A stretch of DNA of 23,291 nucleotides from Synechococcus sp. (GTDB taxonomy: Bacteria > Cyanobacteriota > Cyanobacteriia > Thermostichales > PCC-7336), in contig JBFRWD010000146.1 of NCBI GenBank assembly GCA_051439425.1, forward strand, positions 1 to 23,291, written 5' to 3'. The notes beneath the pieces are model-generated. The model saw only the letters and a list, made by a program, of their open reading frames with translations. It was not told the DNA's origin and did not search any database. The position numbers and the translations under genes were made by a program. This document shows, piece by piece, positions 1 through 8,900 of the stretch (positions are counted from its first letter, which is position 1; every line of letters begins with the position of its first letter).

Positions 1-2
1 GG

Positions 3-935
3 CTTTGGCAGCACGATGGAACTCCTCTGGACACTTTTGTTGTATATACAGATATTGAACGTAGAGGTGTTGATCATGTAGATACGCTCATTGCAGGGGA
101 GTTTAGCCCGGACGGGATACTGGCTTCGGTTAGTGATGAAGGAAGGGTGGGGCTTTGGCAGCACGATGGAAGACCTCTGGCAACTTTAGATGGACATACA
201 GCTCCGGTCTTGGCAGTGGAGTTTAGCCCGGACGGGAAGACACTGGCTTCGGCTAGTCAAGACGGAACAGTGAGGTTTTGGCAGCACGATGGAACTCCTC
301 TTACCATTTTAGATGGACATAAAGATTGGGTTAGGGCGGTGGAGTTTAGCCCGGACGGGAACACACTGGCTTCGGCAGGTTTTGACAGAACGGTGAGGCT
401 TTGGCACAACGATGGCACACCTCTGGCCACTTTAGATGGACATACATCTGCGGTCATTGCAGTGGAGTTTAGCCCGGATGGGAAGATACTGGCTTCGGCT
501 AGTCAAGATAGAACGGTGAGGCTTTGGCACAACGATGGAACTCCTCTGGCCACTTTAGATGGTCATACAGATTCAGTCTTGGCAGTGGAGTTTAGCCCGG
601 ACGGGAAGACACTGGCTTCGGCAGGTTTTGACGGAACGGTGAGGCTTTGGCACAACGATGGAGCTCCTCTGGCCACTTTAGATGGACATACAGATTCAGT
701 CTGGGCAGTGGAGTTCAGCCCGGACGGGAACACACTGGCTTCGGCAGGTTTTGACGGAACGGTGAGGCTTTGGTACACGAACACCGATCGCTTAGTGGCC
801 TATGCGTGTCGTCAATTGTGGGATGACATACAAACTTCAGATCGACTCGAAGACCTCGATCGCCAATTCTGTAAAAACATGATGGAGGAATACCCCAATC
901 AACCGTGGGAAACCCTTTCAACTGCTCAGAACTAA
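3..935 (+). CDS. C-terminal part of a WD40 beta-propeller protein, 5'-truncated by the window edge; possibly the sensor end of a larger STAND/NLR-like protein
   Basis: Frame is open from position 3 (LWQHDGTPL...), so the track start at 147 is not the true start. Repeats of GH...V.AVEFSPDG.TLASA..D.TVRLW. Confidence 0.93.
   Translation, partial: LWQHDGTPLDTFVVYTDIERRGVDHVDTLIAGEFSPDGILASVSDEGRVGLWQHDGRPLATLDGHTAPVLAVEFSPDGKTLASASQDGTVRFWQHDGTPLTILDGHKDWVRAVEFSPDGNTLASAGFDRTVRLWHNDGTPLATLDGHTSAVIAVEFSPDGKILASASQDRTVRLWHNDGTPLATLDGHTDSVLAVEFSPDGKTLASAGFDGTVRLWHNDGAPLATLDGHTDSVWAVEFSPDGNTLASAGFDGTVRLWYTNTDRLVAYACRQLWDDIQTSDRLEDLDRQFCKNMMEEYPNQPWETLSTAQN
153..773 (+). repeat. Five near-identical 123-bp (41-aa) tandem WD40 units, preceded by a divergent 150-bp unit (3-152)
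   Basis: The (C/T)TTTGG (L/F-W) anchor recurs at 153, 276, 399, 522, 645 and 768, an exact 123-nt period. Confidence 0.95.
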
Positions 936-1309
936 CTGCACTATCATTACGTAGCCCTCGAACGGGTTCATCTCAAGGGGGTTTCAAAGCCGATCCACTA
1001 GGCACAGATTAAATGTGGCAGCTCGGGAGCAGAGTCACCCCGCCTACCACATTCCAAAAACGGGCAGAAAGAGCCCAGAGGAGTATAAATAAGACGCCGT
1101 TATCTACAGTGGATTAACTCGGATATGGAGCGTGGAAAATCCCATTTTCACTACCTATCCAGTAATTTTTTCTAGTCTCTAGCTCTGAATGACTGGTGTA
1201 GAAACACAAGTGAATAGGTCATCACAATAAAGTGATGTGCAAAAGGTCAGTTTCCCCAGGCTTGAACCGTGCCGGGAGTTTTGAGCTTAAAGTCACCCTT
1301 GCATCTTTA

Positions 1310-1324
1310 CTCTCAAAATGAGAG
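1310..1324. promoter_or_regulatory. Inverted repeat upstream of higBA, candidate antitoxin operator
   Basis: CTCTCA-AAA-TGAGAG just downstream of a TTGCAT -35-like hexamer (1299-1304) and 27 nt before higB. Confidence 0.5.
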
Positions 1325-1351
1325 GATAGGCGTAGCAATTGAGAGCATTCC

Positions 1352-1651
1352 TTGCACGTCTTCAGTCGCCCAGCTATCCGGGAATTCATCGCCCGTCACG
1401 CTGACGCAAAAGTTGCGTTAGAGTCCTGGTACCGCATTACTTCTAAGGCTGCTTGGCACAATTTGGCTGAGGTTCAAAAGTCCTACTCTTCTGCCGAGGC
1501 GGTAGGTAACTTCACTGTGTTCAACATCAAAGGAAACCATTACCGGCTGATAGTTGACATCCAATACCCAAAGCAGGCCATCTACATCAAGTACATCCTT
1601 ACCCATGCCGAGTACGACAAAGACAAGTGGAAAAATGACCCTTACTTCTAG
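1352..1651 (+). CDS. higB: HigB family type II toxin (RelE fold)
   Basis: Typical motifs (AL.SWY...W.NL.EV...AEAVGNFTVFNIKGN.YRLI...YI..ILTHAEYDK); toxin precedes an HTH gene. Confidence 0.9.
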   Translation: MHVFSRPAIREFIARHADAKVALESWYRITSKAAWHNLAEVQKSYSSAEAVGNFTVFNIKGNHYRLIVDIQYPKQAIYIKYILTHAEYDKDKWKNDPYF

Positions 1652-2024
1652 TGCAGTGGCTCCCTACCTCCCCTGGGCCACTCCCAGCCTCCTTAAGACC
1701 GAACAGGAGTATCAGCAGGCAATGGCCGCGCTCGAATCTATGATGAGCGGTGCTCTCACTCCCGAGCAGTCCGATCTATTCGATCTGCTTACAATTCTCA
1801 TCGAGAAATACGAAGACGAACACTACCCGATTGATGAAGCCACCCCCCATCAGGTCTTACAGCACCTGATGGAAGAGAACGGCATCAAGCAAGCTCAGCT
1901 CGTCGGAGTGATCGGATCGAGTGGGGTAGTGTCAGAGGTGGTCAATGGCAAACGCGAGATCTCCAAGAATCAAGCAAAGGCTCTGGGAGAGTTTTTCTCT
2001 GTGGATTTCTCCGTATTTCTCTAG
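1635..2024 (+). CDS. higA: HigA family antitoxin with C-terminal XRE HTH
   Basis: LLTILIEKYEDEHYP...LMEENGIKQAQLVGVIGSSGVVSEVVNGKREISK. ATG at 1635, overlapping the higB end, is a more plausible start than 1554. Confidence 0.88.
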   Translation: MTLTSSAVAPYLPWATPSLLKTEQEYQQAMAALESMMSGALTPEQSDLFDLLTILIEKYEDEHYPIDEATPHQVLQHLMEENGIKQAQLVGVIGSSGVVSEVVNGKREISKNQAKALGEFFSVDFSVFL

Positions 2025-2413
2025 AGATGATTGAAGCGAGGCTGTGACGAGTAGTGACTATATTTAATTCTTTAAAGCGAAGAATAATCTATTAACTGAC
2101 ATACGTAACATCATTGCAGCAGCGGCAAGCGTTGTTATTTTTGGCTCTGAACTTAAAGCGCTGTCCGACATTCTAGAGGCGATGACCTTGCTTAGATCTT
2201 CTTCCCAATAGTTTTTTCGATATTCGATATCGAAGAGTTGGCAAATTTATCTCTAAAAGAAGAGTTCAAGCTACTCAGCGTCTTAGCACTGGGTATTTTC
2301 TGTATTTAATAGTGATTTGTCTACTGATATTAAAGATTAGGGAGCAACCAAAACAAGGTCACTTGTTAACATAAACATTTACACAAAAAGCGCTATTTTT
2401 AATCAGAAAAAGC

Positions 2414-2442
2414 TTGCTCTTTTATTAGTAATTTACTATAGT
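2414..2442 (+). promoter_or_regulatory. Sigma70-type promoter of the DUF932 gene with an overlapping palindrome
   Basis: TTGCTC (2414-2419), 17 bp spacer, TATAGT (2437-2442); palindrome TAGTAA-T-TTACTA at 2426-2438; AGGAG RBS at 2516-2520. Confidence 0.6.
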
Positions 2443-2529
2443 GTATATAGATAAAAGAAAGGGAGCCACCCGGCGGCAAACCTAGTGCTCCCTTCCGAAT
2501 CGCGAAAAACGATCTAGGAGAATTCAATC

Positions 2530-3576
2530 ATGAAATCTGGTCTAACGCTCCTCGAAATGGCTCAAGAGCTGCAAGCCCAAATCGACTCAAAACAGGATTA
2601 CGTAGCCGACACTCGCCAACTAGAACTAGACGGAGATATCCTCACCATTCACACAGAACAAGCACAACAATTTGATGTCACCGACCACACCCACCGGCAG
2701 ATTGCCCAGCGGCTCAATATTCCAGGTAAGTACTACTCTAGATTGCGGGAGCAAGCCCCATCCCTCCTAAGTAGTAACGTCAATCACTGGTTTGAGAACA
2801 ATCCCGAACGTCGTCTAGTTCGCACTCTCTCGGGTTCGGCGCGTGCATTTCTCTCCAACCGCTATCGCCGCATTGATAACTACCAGATAGCTGAGGCTGC
2901 GCTGACTGCCTTGAGAGAATACGGCTCGGGCCTACAGATTGCTAGTATCGGCCTGACTGAATCTCGCCTCTACATCAAAGCCATCAACCAGCAAGTAGAG
3001 ATGGAAGTGAAGAAGGGCGATCCGGTTCAAGCTGGGGTGGTCATTTCCAATTCTGAAATTGGGTTGGGATCGATTCGGGTTGAACCGTTGGTTTACAGGC
3101 TCGTCTGTACGAATGGGTTGATTGCTCAAGATCGAAGCTATAAGAAATACCACGTCGGTCGAGAGATTCAAGGTGAGATGGCCCAGGAGCTTTTTTCAGA
3201 TGAAACCATGCAGGCAGACGATCGCGCTCTGTTGCTGAAGGTGAGAGATTTAGTTTCTGGAGCTGTCAATCATGCTCAGTTTGAGAGCATAGTTAACGAT
3301 ATGCGGGAGGCAACCGAGCGCAGGATCGATGGAAACCCAGTTAAGGCCGTAGAGGTATTGGCGGACAAGATGCACTTTAGCCAGCCCGAAAAATCGGGAG
3401 TGTTAACCCATTTGATTCAAGGGGGCGACCTCTCCGCTTACGGTCTAATGAATGCAGTAACGCGCACTAGCCAGGATCTGGAGAGCTACGACCGAGCGAC
3501 CGAGTTTGAGGCGATGGGGTCGCAGGTGCTCAACCTACCTAAAAAGACTTGGGATGTGGTGGCTACTGCCGTCTAG
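2530..3576 (+). CDS. DUF932/DUF945-like plasmid/phage protein
   Basis: 348 aa with a good RBS; motifs ARAFLSNRYRRIDN, ISNSEIGLGS, YRLVCTNG and YGLMNAVT recognised from this family. Confidence 0.75.
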   Translation: MKSGLTLLEMAQELQAQIDSKQDYVADTRQLELDGDILTIHTEQAQQFDVTDHTHRQIAQRLNIPGKYYSRLREQAPSLLSSNVNHWFENNPERRLVRTLSGSARAFLSNRYRRIDNYQIAEAALTALREYGSGLQIASIGLTESRLYIKAINQQVEMEVKKGDPVQAGVVISNSEIGLGSIRVEPLVYRLVCTNGLIAQDRSYKKYHVGREIQGEMAQELFSDETMQADDRALLLKVRDLVSGAVNHAQFESIVNDMREATERRIDGNPVKAVEVLADKMHFSQPEKSGVLTHLIQGGDLSAYGLMNAVTRTSQDLESYDRATEFEAMGSQVLNLPKKTWDVVATAV

Positions 3577-3596
3577 CGATCGCTAAAGTCAGAGAG

Positions 3597-3634
3597 CGAA
3601 TCGAGCGGGCAAAAGTTAGAGCCCGCTCGATTCG
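3597..3634. terminator. 14-bp perfect hairpin between convergent genes, probable bidirectional terminator
   Basis: CGAATCGAGCGGGC-AAAAGTTAGA-GCCCGCTCGATTCG; no clear U-tract. Confidence 0.65.
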
Positions 3635-3675
3635 TATGCGTAGTTATTCCTTCACCAATCATCGGTCAATCGCGC

Positions 3676-4755
3676 TCAAGTTACTGTAGCCAGTTGCATA
3701 GATTTCGCTTGCCGTTTGGCTACCGCATAAACATCGGTCAATCGAGCCGCTTGAGCCTCATCGCAGCCGAGTGCTTTCATGATCTGTTTGGCCAACGGAG
3801 TGGCAGGCATCAACTTATCGCTCAATGTCTGATTCAAGAACGGAAATAGGTAATGTCCTGTCCCGCCCCCCAACAGGACAGCATCGTATTTATGCATGTG
3901 TATATCGTCAAACATAGACTTAATAAACGCTTGGTATTTCTTGCGGCTGTTCCGCGCAGCTTTAGCTTTCTCTTTAAGTTCGTGTGAGCGTAATTCTGGC
4001 GAGGTAGTGCACGCCAATCCCTGTAAATCCTGTGCTCTGATGCTCCCATCTCCTAGTTGAAACAGAAGTCGAGCTGCCAGAAAGCGGTCGAACTCCCCGA
4101 TTTGCTCCTCCATATCCTTGAGCATCCAAAGGAAGCCTAAGCGAGCTGTACGACCCGAGACATTTTCCTCACTTCCTCTTGAGGTAATTAAGGTCAGATC
4201 GCGGTAGCCCACCATAACCGTGAGGATAGATTGCTGTTCCAACGAAGGGAAAAACTCGGTGAAGTATCTCAACAGGCCGCAGCCTTCACTCAGACATTCT
4301 AGGTAGTTAACGTTGAGATCGTAGCTGACGCCATTGCAGCGAAACCGCTTTAAGTGCTTGCAGAGAGCCCTTTCCAATAACTTAAAGTGCTTACGCTCGT
4401 TAAACGGCAACAACACCACCAGGTTGAGTTTGTGGTTATCAATACCCGATTTCGAGATTGCCGAATGCAGAGCCGCTAATACTTTAGGGATGGCCCCCTC
4501 AACCTTGATCTTCTCGCGCAGATTTTCAGACAGAGGGCTGTTGGCAGCACAGGCCCCCACCACATAAGAAGCTTTGCCACACTCGAGAAAATAGTTATTG
4601 CGGCTCATCGTATCGGCATTTTGGGAACTGGTCGGCAAACTGCAATCGGATGAAAACCAATCAAACGCAATCTCTCCCCCATCAACACTCCAAAGCACCC
4701 GAGTTTGGGAAGAGCCCAGATCGACAACTACGCCCAGATTGCTAGACATCATCAT
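3676..4755 (-). CDS. parM: ParM/StbA-like actin-family plasmid segregation ATPase
   Basis: Actin-fold motifs VVVDLGSSQT, CLSEGCG, VMVGYRD, LLGGGTG. GAGGA precedes ATGATGATG at 4755-4747, so the start is one of these ATGs rather than 4821. Confidence 0.8.
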   Translation of the reverse strand: MMMSSNLGVVVDLGSSQTRVLWSVDGGEIAFDWFSSDCSLPTSSQNADTMSRNNYFLECGKASYVVGACAANSPLSENLREKIKVEGAIPKVLAALHSAISKSGIDNHKLNLVVLLPFNERKHFKLLERALCKHLKRFRCNGVSYDLNVNYLECLSEGCGLLRYFTEFFPSLEQQSILTVMVGYRDLTLITSRGSEENVSGRTARLGFLWMLKDMEEQIGEFDRFLAARLLFQLGDGSIRAQDLQGLACTTSPELRSHELKEKAKAARNSRKKYQAFIKSMFDDIHMHKYDAVLLGGGTGHYLFPFLNQTLSDKLMPATPLAKQIMKALGCDEAQAARLTDVYAVAKRQAKSMQLATVT

Positions 4756-4759
4756 TCCT

Positions 4760-5236
4760 CTATTCAGTCTCATCAAAGAAGTGACCCATCGCAGAGCTTG
4801 AGTCGAATGGTGCAGCCTCACTTATAGCCTTAGACGTCGTACTGGCAGTTTTCTGCTCGGGAGCCGCAACCGGTGCGGCAACAGTTTCGCCCCCCGGCTC
4901 TCTACCTCGAACAGCATTAGTAGCCGCAGGAGCATTAGTAGCCGCAGGAGCAGCCATTGCGCCAGACATAGCAAGCAAAGAACGATAGTAAGCAGCCCTG
5001 GAATCCAAGGAAGCGATCGCGACGGCCAGTGCTTGTGAGTAATCCCGTTCGGAGCAACTACTATCCAGTCGAACCACTTCACCAGCAAACCAAGCCACTA
5101 GAGCTTCCATTGCTTGCTCCTTGGATTGAGCCGCCGTCATCACCTCTCGGTCGAGAAGCAGATTTAATACTCGCGACTGAATAGAAGCATCGGGTAACGA
5201 CTTGTAAACGAGCTGCAATCGTTGAGCATCAGCCAT
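4760..5236 (-). CDS. Hypothetical protein, probable ParR-like partner of ParM
   Basis: Immediately upstream of parM; helical N-part, Ala/Pro-rich linker, short acidic/aromatic tail. Function inferred from position. Confidence 0.55.
   Translation of the reverse strand: MADAQRLQLVYKSLPDASIQSRVLNLLLDREVMTAAQSKEQAMEALVAWFAGEVVRLDSSCSERDYSQALAVAIASLDSRAAYYRSLLAMSGAMAAPAATNAPAATNAVRGREPGGETVAAPVAAPEQKTASTTSKAISEAAPFDSSSAMGHFFDETE
4913..4952 (-). repeat. In-frame 18-bp tandem duplication (APAATN x2)
   Basis: AGCATTAGTAGCCGCAGG at 4913-4930 and 4931-4948. Confidence 0.9.
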
Positions 5237-5440
5237 ACTTTTGAGAGCAAATTTTCATGCCTCAATTGAAACCGCGTTATAGATATATGGCTACTTAAGC
5301 TCACATTAAATCTAATTAGCGCTCAATCGAGCTTGAGTGAAAGACTAAATAGGCATCAAAGTTAGCTAAAAATAGTTCAAAAGTATAAAACTCAAGAAGG
5401 GAAGATCGCGACTGAAAAGCGAGATAAAAGTACAGAGAAA

Positions 5441-5471
5441 GATCATCCACACCATACGCACACTGTTGTGC
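5441..5471 (-). promoter_or_regulatory. oriT: MOB_F-type oriT; predicted nick between 5449 and 5448 on the minus strand
   Basis: Minus strand reads GCAC-AACAGT-GTGCGTATGGTGT^GG, resembling R388 (GCAC-CGAAAG-GTGCGTATTGTCT^) and F (TGCGTGGGGTGT^GG) nic sites; intergenic and upstream of the relaxase. Confidence 0.8.
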
Positions 5472-5571
5472 TTTGCATCGCCGGTAGATTTTGGCAATAA
5501 TCGGCTTTGGAGAGGTTCCGAAAATTTTGGATGTAAAGCGAATATTAAGTTGATAGTTTGGCACGGTTTCA

Positions 5572-5919
5572 ATGGCAAGCCGCTCCAGTGCGAACTACAC
5601 CGAAACACTCAAGAGCGCCGCTTGGAAATCGAAGCGAACAACTGCGCTACGAGCGTGGGGATACCGTTGCTCCTTGCGACCGTGGGTGAATCTCAAAGGC
5701 AAGGTGATGCACTTGCACCACACCAACTACAACCGTGTGGGTCGCGAACGCATTTGGTTTGATGTGGTTCCTCTGTCTGAAGGTTCGCACCGATTTCTTC
5801 ATCGCTGGTTGGGTGGCCACGAACGAGCAAGCTATCAAAAATCCCGCTATCCAAACTTGCTGCAAAAGCTGGCTCATGTCTGGTGCCGACTGACCGTATT
5901 CGTCTGCTGGGTGCTGTAG
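5572..5919 (+). CDS. Small HNH-endonuclease-like protein with degenerate Zn ligands
   Basis: Y...L.S..W..KR...G.RC...HLHHTNY...E...DVVPLSEGSH..LH pattern; stop codon 1 nt before the relaxase ATG. Confidence 0.55.
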   Translation: MASRSSANYTETLKSAAWKSKRTTALRAWGYRCSLRPWVNLKGKVMHLHHTNYNRVGRERIWFDVVPLSEGSHRFLHRWLGGHERASYQKSRYPNLLQKLAHVWCRLTVFVCWVL

Positions 5920-5920
5920 G

Positions 5921-8900
5921 ATGCTGAGCACTAAAAACGTCGCTCCAGGCGCGAAAGCCTATTACAAGGAGGACAACTACTACAGCAAGGAAGACAGCGA
6001 AGCTCAGAGCCAGTGGCAAGGCAAAGGGGCCGAAAAGCTGGGATTGACCGGAACGGTAAATGACGAAGTCTTCGGTCTGCTGCTGCACGGACGACTACCT
6101 GACAAAACCAAATTCCGTCGTCGCCCCCCAACCCATGCCGGTTACCAAGAGCGGGGAGCCCTCGACCTAACATTCAGCGCTCCCAAATCCGTCAGTTTGC
6201 TGACCAAAATCGGCGGTGATACCCAGCTGGAAAAAGCCCACTACCGAGCAGTTGCCAAGGCAATTGACTACATCGAAAAACACCATGCCATCACTCGGAT
6301 TCGACAGCGGGGCAACCAAATCAAGGTGAATACTGGGAATTTGGTGGTGGCCAAATTCAACCACGACACCAGCCGCCTGCTCGACCCGCAATTACACACC
6401 CACTGTCTGGTGTTGAACATGACTCAGACATCGGGGGGCAAGTGGTATTCGCTGAGTAACGATGCCATCCACAAGAACAAACACCTGCTTGGTGCCATCT
6501 ATCAAAACGAGCTGGCTCGCGGAGCGATGGAGCTGGGCTATCAGATCCACCGCAACGGCAACGGCACCTTCGAAATTGCTGGATTCAAACAGAAGCATCT
6601 GGACTACTTCAGCAAGCGGCGCAAGGAAATCGAGCCGCTGATCGATAAATTCAGCACCTGGCAGGAGAGACAGGATGCTTCTCTCAAAGTCAGAGAGAAG
6701 AAAGTCGAAATCGACCGGCGCGAGCTGCTGGACTACTGGGCCAGCGAAGCAGCATCTATCGGCTTGCAACTGCCTCAACCCAGCGGGCGCAGAGCCGTCG
6801 TTGTTGGTAACAGTCAACTTCAACCGGAGACTATCAATGAGCGAGCTGCAGCAAGAACTCAACATCGCCCTTCAGCCAGTGTTCGACCGGCTGACAACTA
6901 TCGAGCAACAAATGAGCTTGATGAGACAAGAGCAAGGCACCTACAGCAATCGGGTGGATTCGTTCATGGAGGAGTTGTTGATTCGCCTCAAAGCCGAGGA
7001 GAAGAACAACGACCTGGGCGAGACAATCGCGCAATTCGTGCAGGCGTTGAAAGAGAACAGCCAGCAGCAGGAAAACGTCGCTTTGAGGATGGAGGAATTC
7101 GTCGCAATGGTGAACGACGGACTGGCCGAGATGGGGTCGAGCCAACACTAGCCAGTGAGATTGCCGAACTGCTGAACAACCGCCAGCAGCAACAAAGTCT
7201 ATCGGCAGCGATCGCCCAGCTCAAGGCAGCTCAGCAGCTTCAAACCAGGGTTCATGCTCAAAGCCAGCAATTAGAGTCAGCCCTGACAGATGCCACTCAG
7301 GTGTTGAAGACGCTGCAGTTGAAAACGAATCCGTCCAAGCACTTGGCGCGAGAGACGGCAAAAGCTCTGCACCAGTACACAGTAAACAGAGCTGTAGAAA
7401 CATCTATAAGTACGGAAGTACTGAACCAACTAAAAGACGCGCTCGGCCAACAACAGGAACTGAGCAACAACCTCCAGCCCCTAGCCAACAGTCTTCAAAC
7501 CATCGAAGACAAAACAGTCGCTCGACGACTAGCCGAGGCAATCGCCAAGCGCCGCCAGCAAGAAGCACTCAAGCGAGAGGCCCAAGTCTCCGAATTGGTG
7601 GATGCTGTCAAACAGCGAGTGGAAGCCCAGGACAAGCAGTATCAACAATTCATTGGCCAGTTCGAAAAAGCCCTGCAGACAGTAACGGATCGCTTCACCG
7701 CTCGACGGGTGGCTTTGGCTGTCGCTCGCAAACGGAATCACCGCCAGATGATGCAAGAGGGGATTCAAGAAACCCTCTCTGAATCCATGCAAGGCATTCG
7801 GGCCAGTAGCGAGCGATCTGCCGACACGCTGACCACTCTCAGCCGGTTGGGGCCGAAGATTCAGCAGATCGGCAAAGTATTTGAAGACAGACGACAGGAA
7901 GACATTGAGCGCAAACGGGCGATCGCTTACGACCAACCCCACAGCAAGTTCGAGACAGTGGATGAGGCAGTAGCCGCCGGTATAGACCACGCAGCCGAGC
8001 GAGCAGTTGCTTTCAGACCGGAGCGAATCGTCAAGTTTGTATTGGAGGAATTGGGAGGCTTCGACATTGAGAGTATTGAAGCCGCCATCGAGCGCGCACC
8101 GGGACTGATTCGCTTCGGCAGGTTTGTCACCACCGACAATGCAGTCCGTCGAGAGCTGGATACGATTCGCACGGTATTGGGCCAACAGGGACAACTGACT
8201 CCCATTGCGCCGACAAACCAGCTAGTAGAGCTGCAGTTACAGGCAACGGTTAGAGACCATCAGCAAACCAGTCCTCACTGGCAATGGACGAGCGGCCAGG
8301 TGGATGCGGTCAAGCTGGCAGCAACGACTCGCGATCGGTTTGTGGCTTGGCAGGGGGTGGCCGGTGCAGGTAAGACCACGGCTCTGAAGCAAGTATCGAA
8401 GCTAGCGACTAGCTGTGGATACACGGTGAAAGCCTTCGCACCGACAGCAAAGGCCACCAAAGTGCTCTCCGACGAGTTGGGGATTCGGGGACAGACGGTG
8501 GCTCGCCTGATTCGACAGGAACCCAAGCCAAGCGCGAAACCACAACTGTGGATTGTGGATGAGGCCGGAATGCTGTCAGCAGATGCCGGACAGAAGATTG
8601 TCCAACAAGCCGTGCAAGCCAATGCTCGGGTCGTCTTTGTGGGAGATACCCGCCAACTGTCGGCGGTAGAAGCAGGGAATCCGTTTAAGTCATTGCAGCA
8701 GGCCGGAATGAGAACGGCCCATCTGACCATCTCCAGACGGCAAAAGAATCCGGGGCTCAAGTCTGCCGTGGATCTGGCTGCGCGGGGGGAGATTGAGTCT
8801 TCAGTTAAAGAGCTTGAACGGAATGGGATGACCCACTATCACAAGTACCGGGGTTCCCGTCACAAGCAAATCGTGGCTGACTTCTTAGCCCTGACTGCAG

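Noticed and set aside
153..773. Regular repeats as a CRISPR array
   Set aside because: 123-bp in-frame coding units with no unique spacers.
2426..2438. Palindrome as a cyanobacterial LexA box
   Set aside because: AGTA-N3-TACT does not fit the longer AGTAC-N4-GTACT-type spacing.
2310..2450. Frpo-like single-stranded promoter hairpin
   Set aside because: Only GAGCAA (2342-2347) pairs with the -35; no convincing complement to the -10 by eye. A folding calculation is needed.
5316..5762. Short ORFs across the oriT region
   Set aside because: Mutually overlapping, no motifs; the region is better explained as oriT and divergent promoters.
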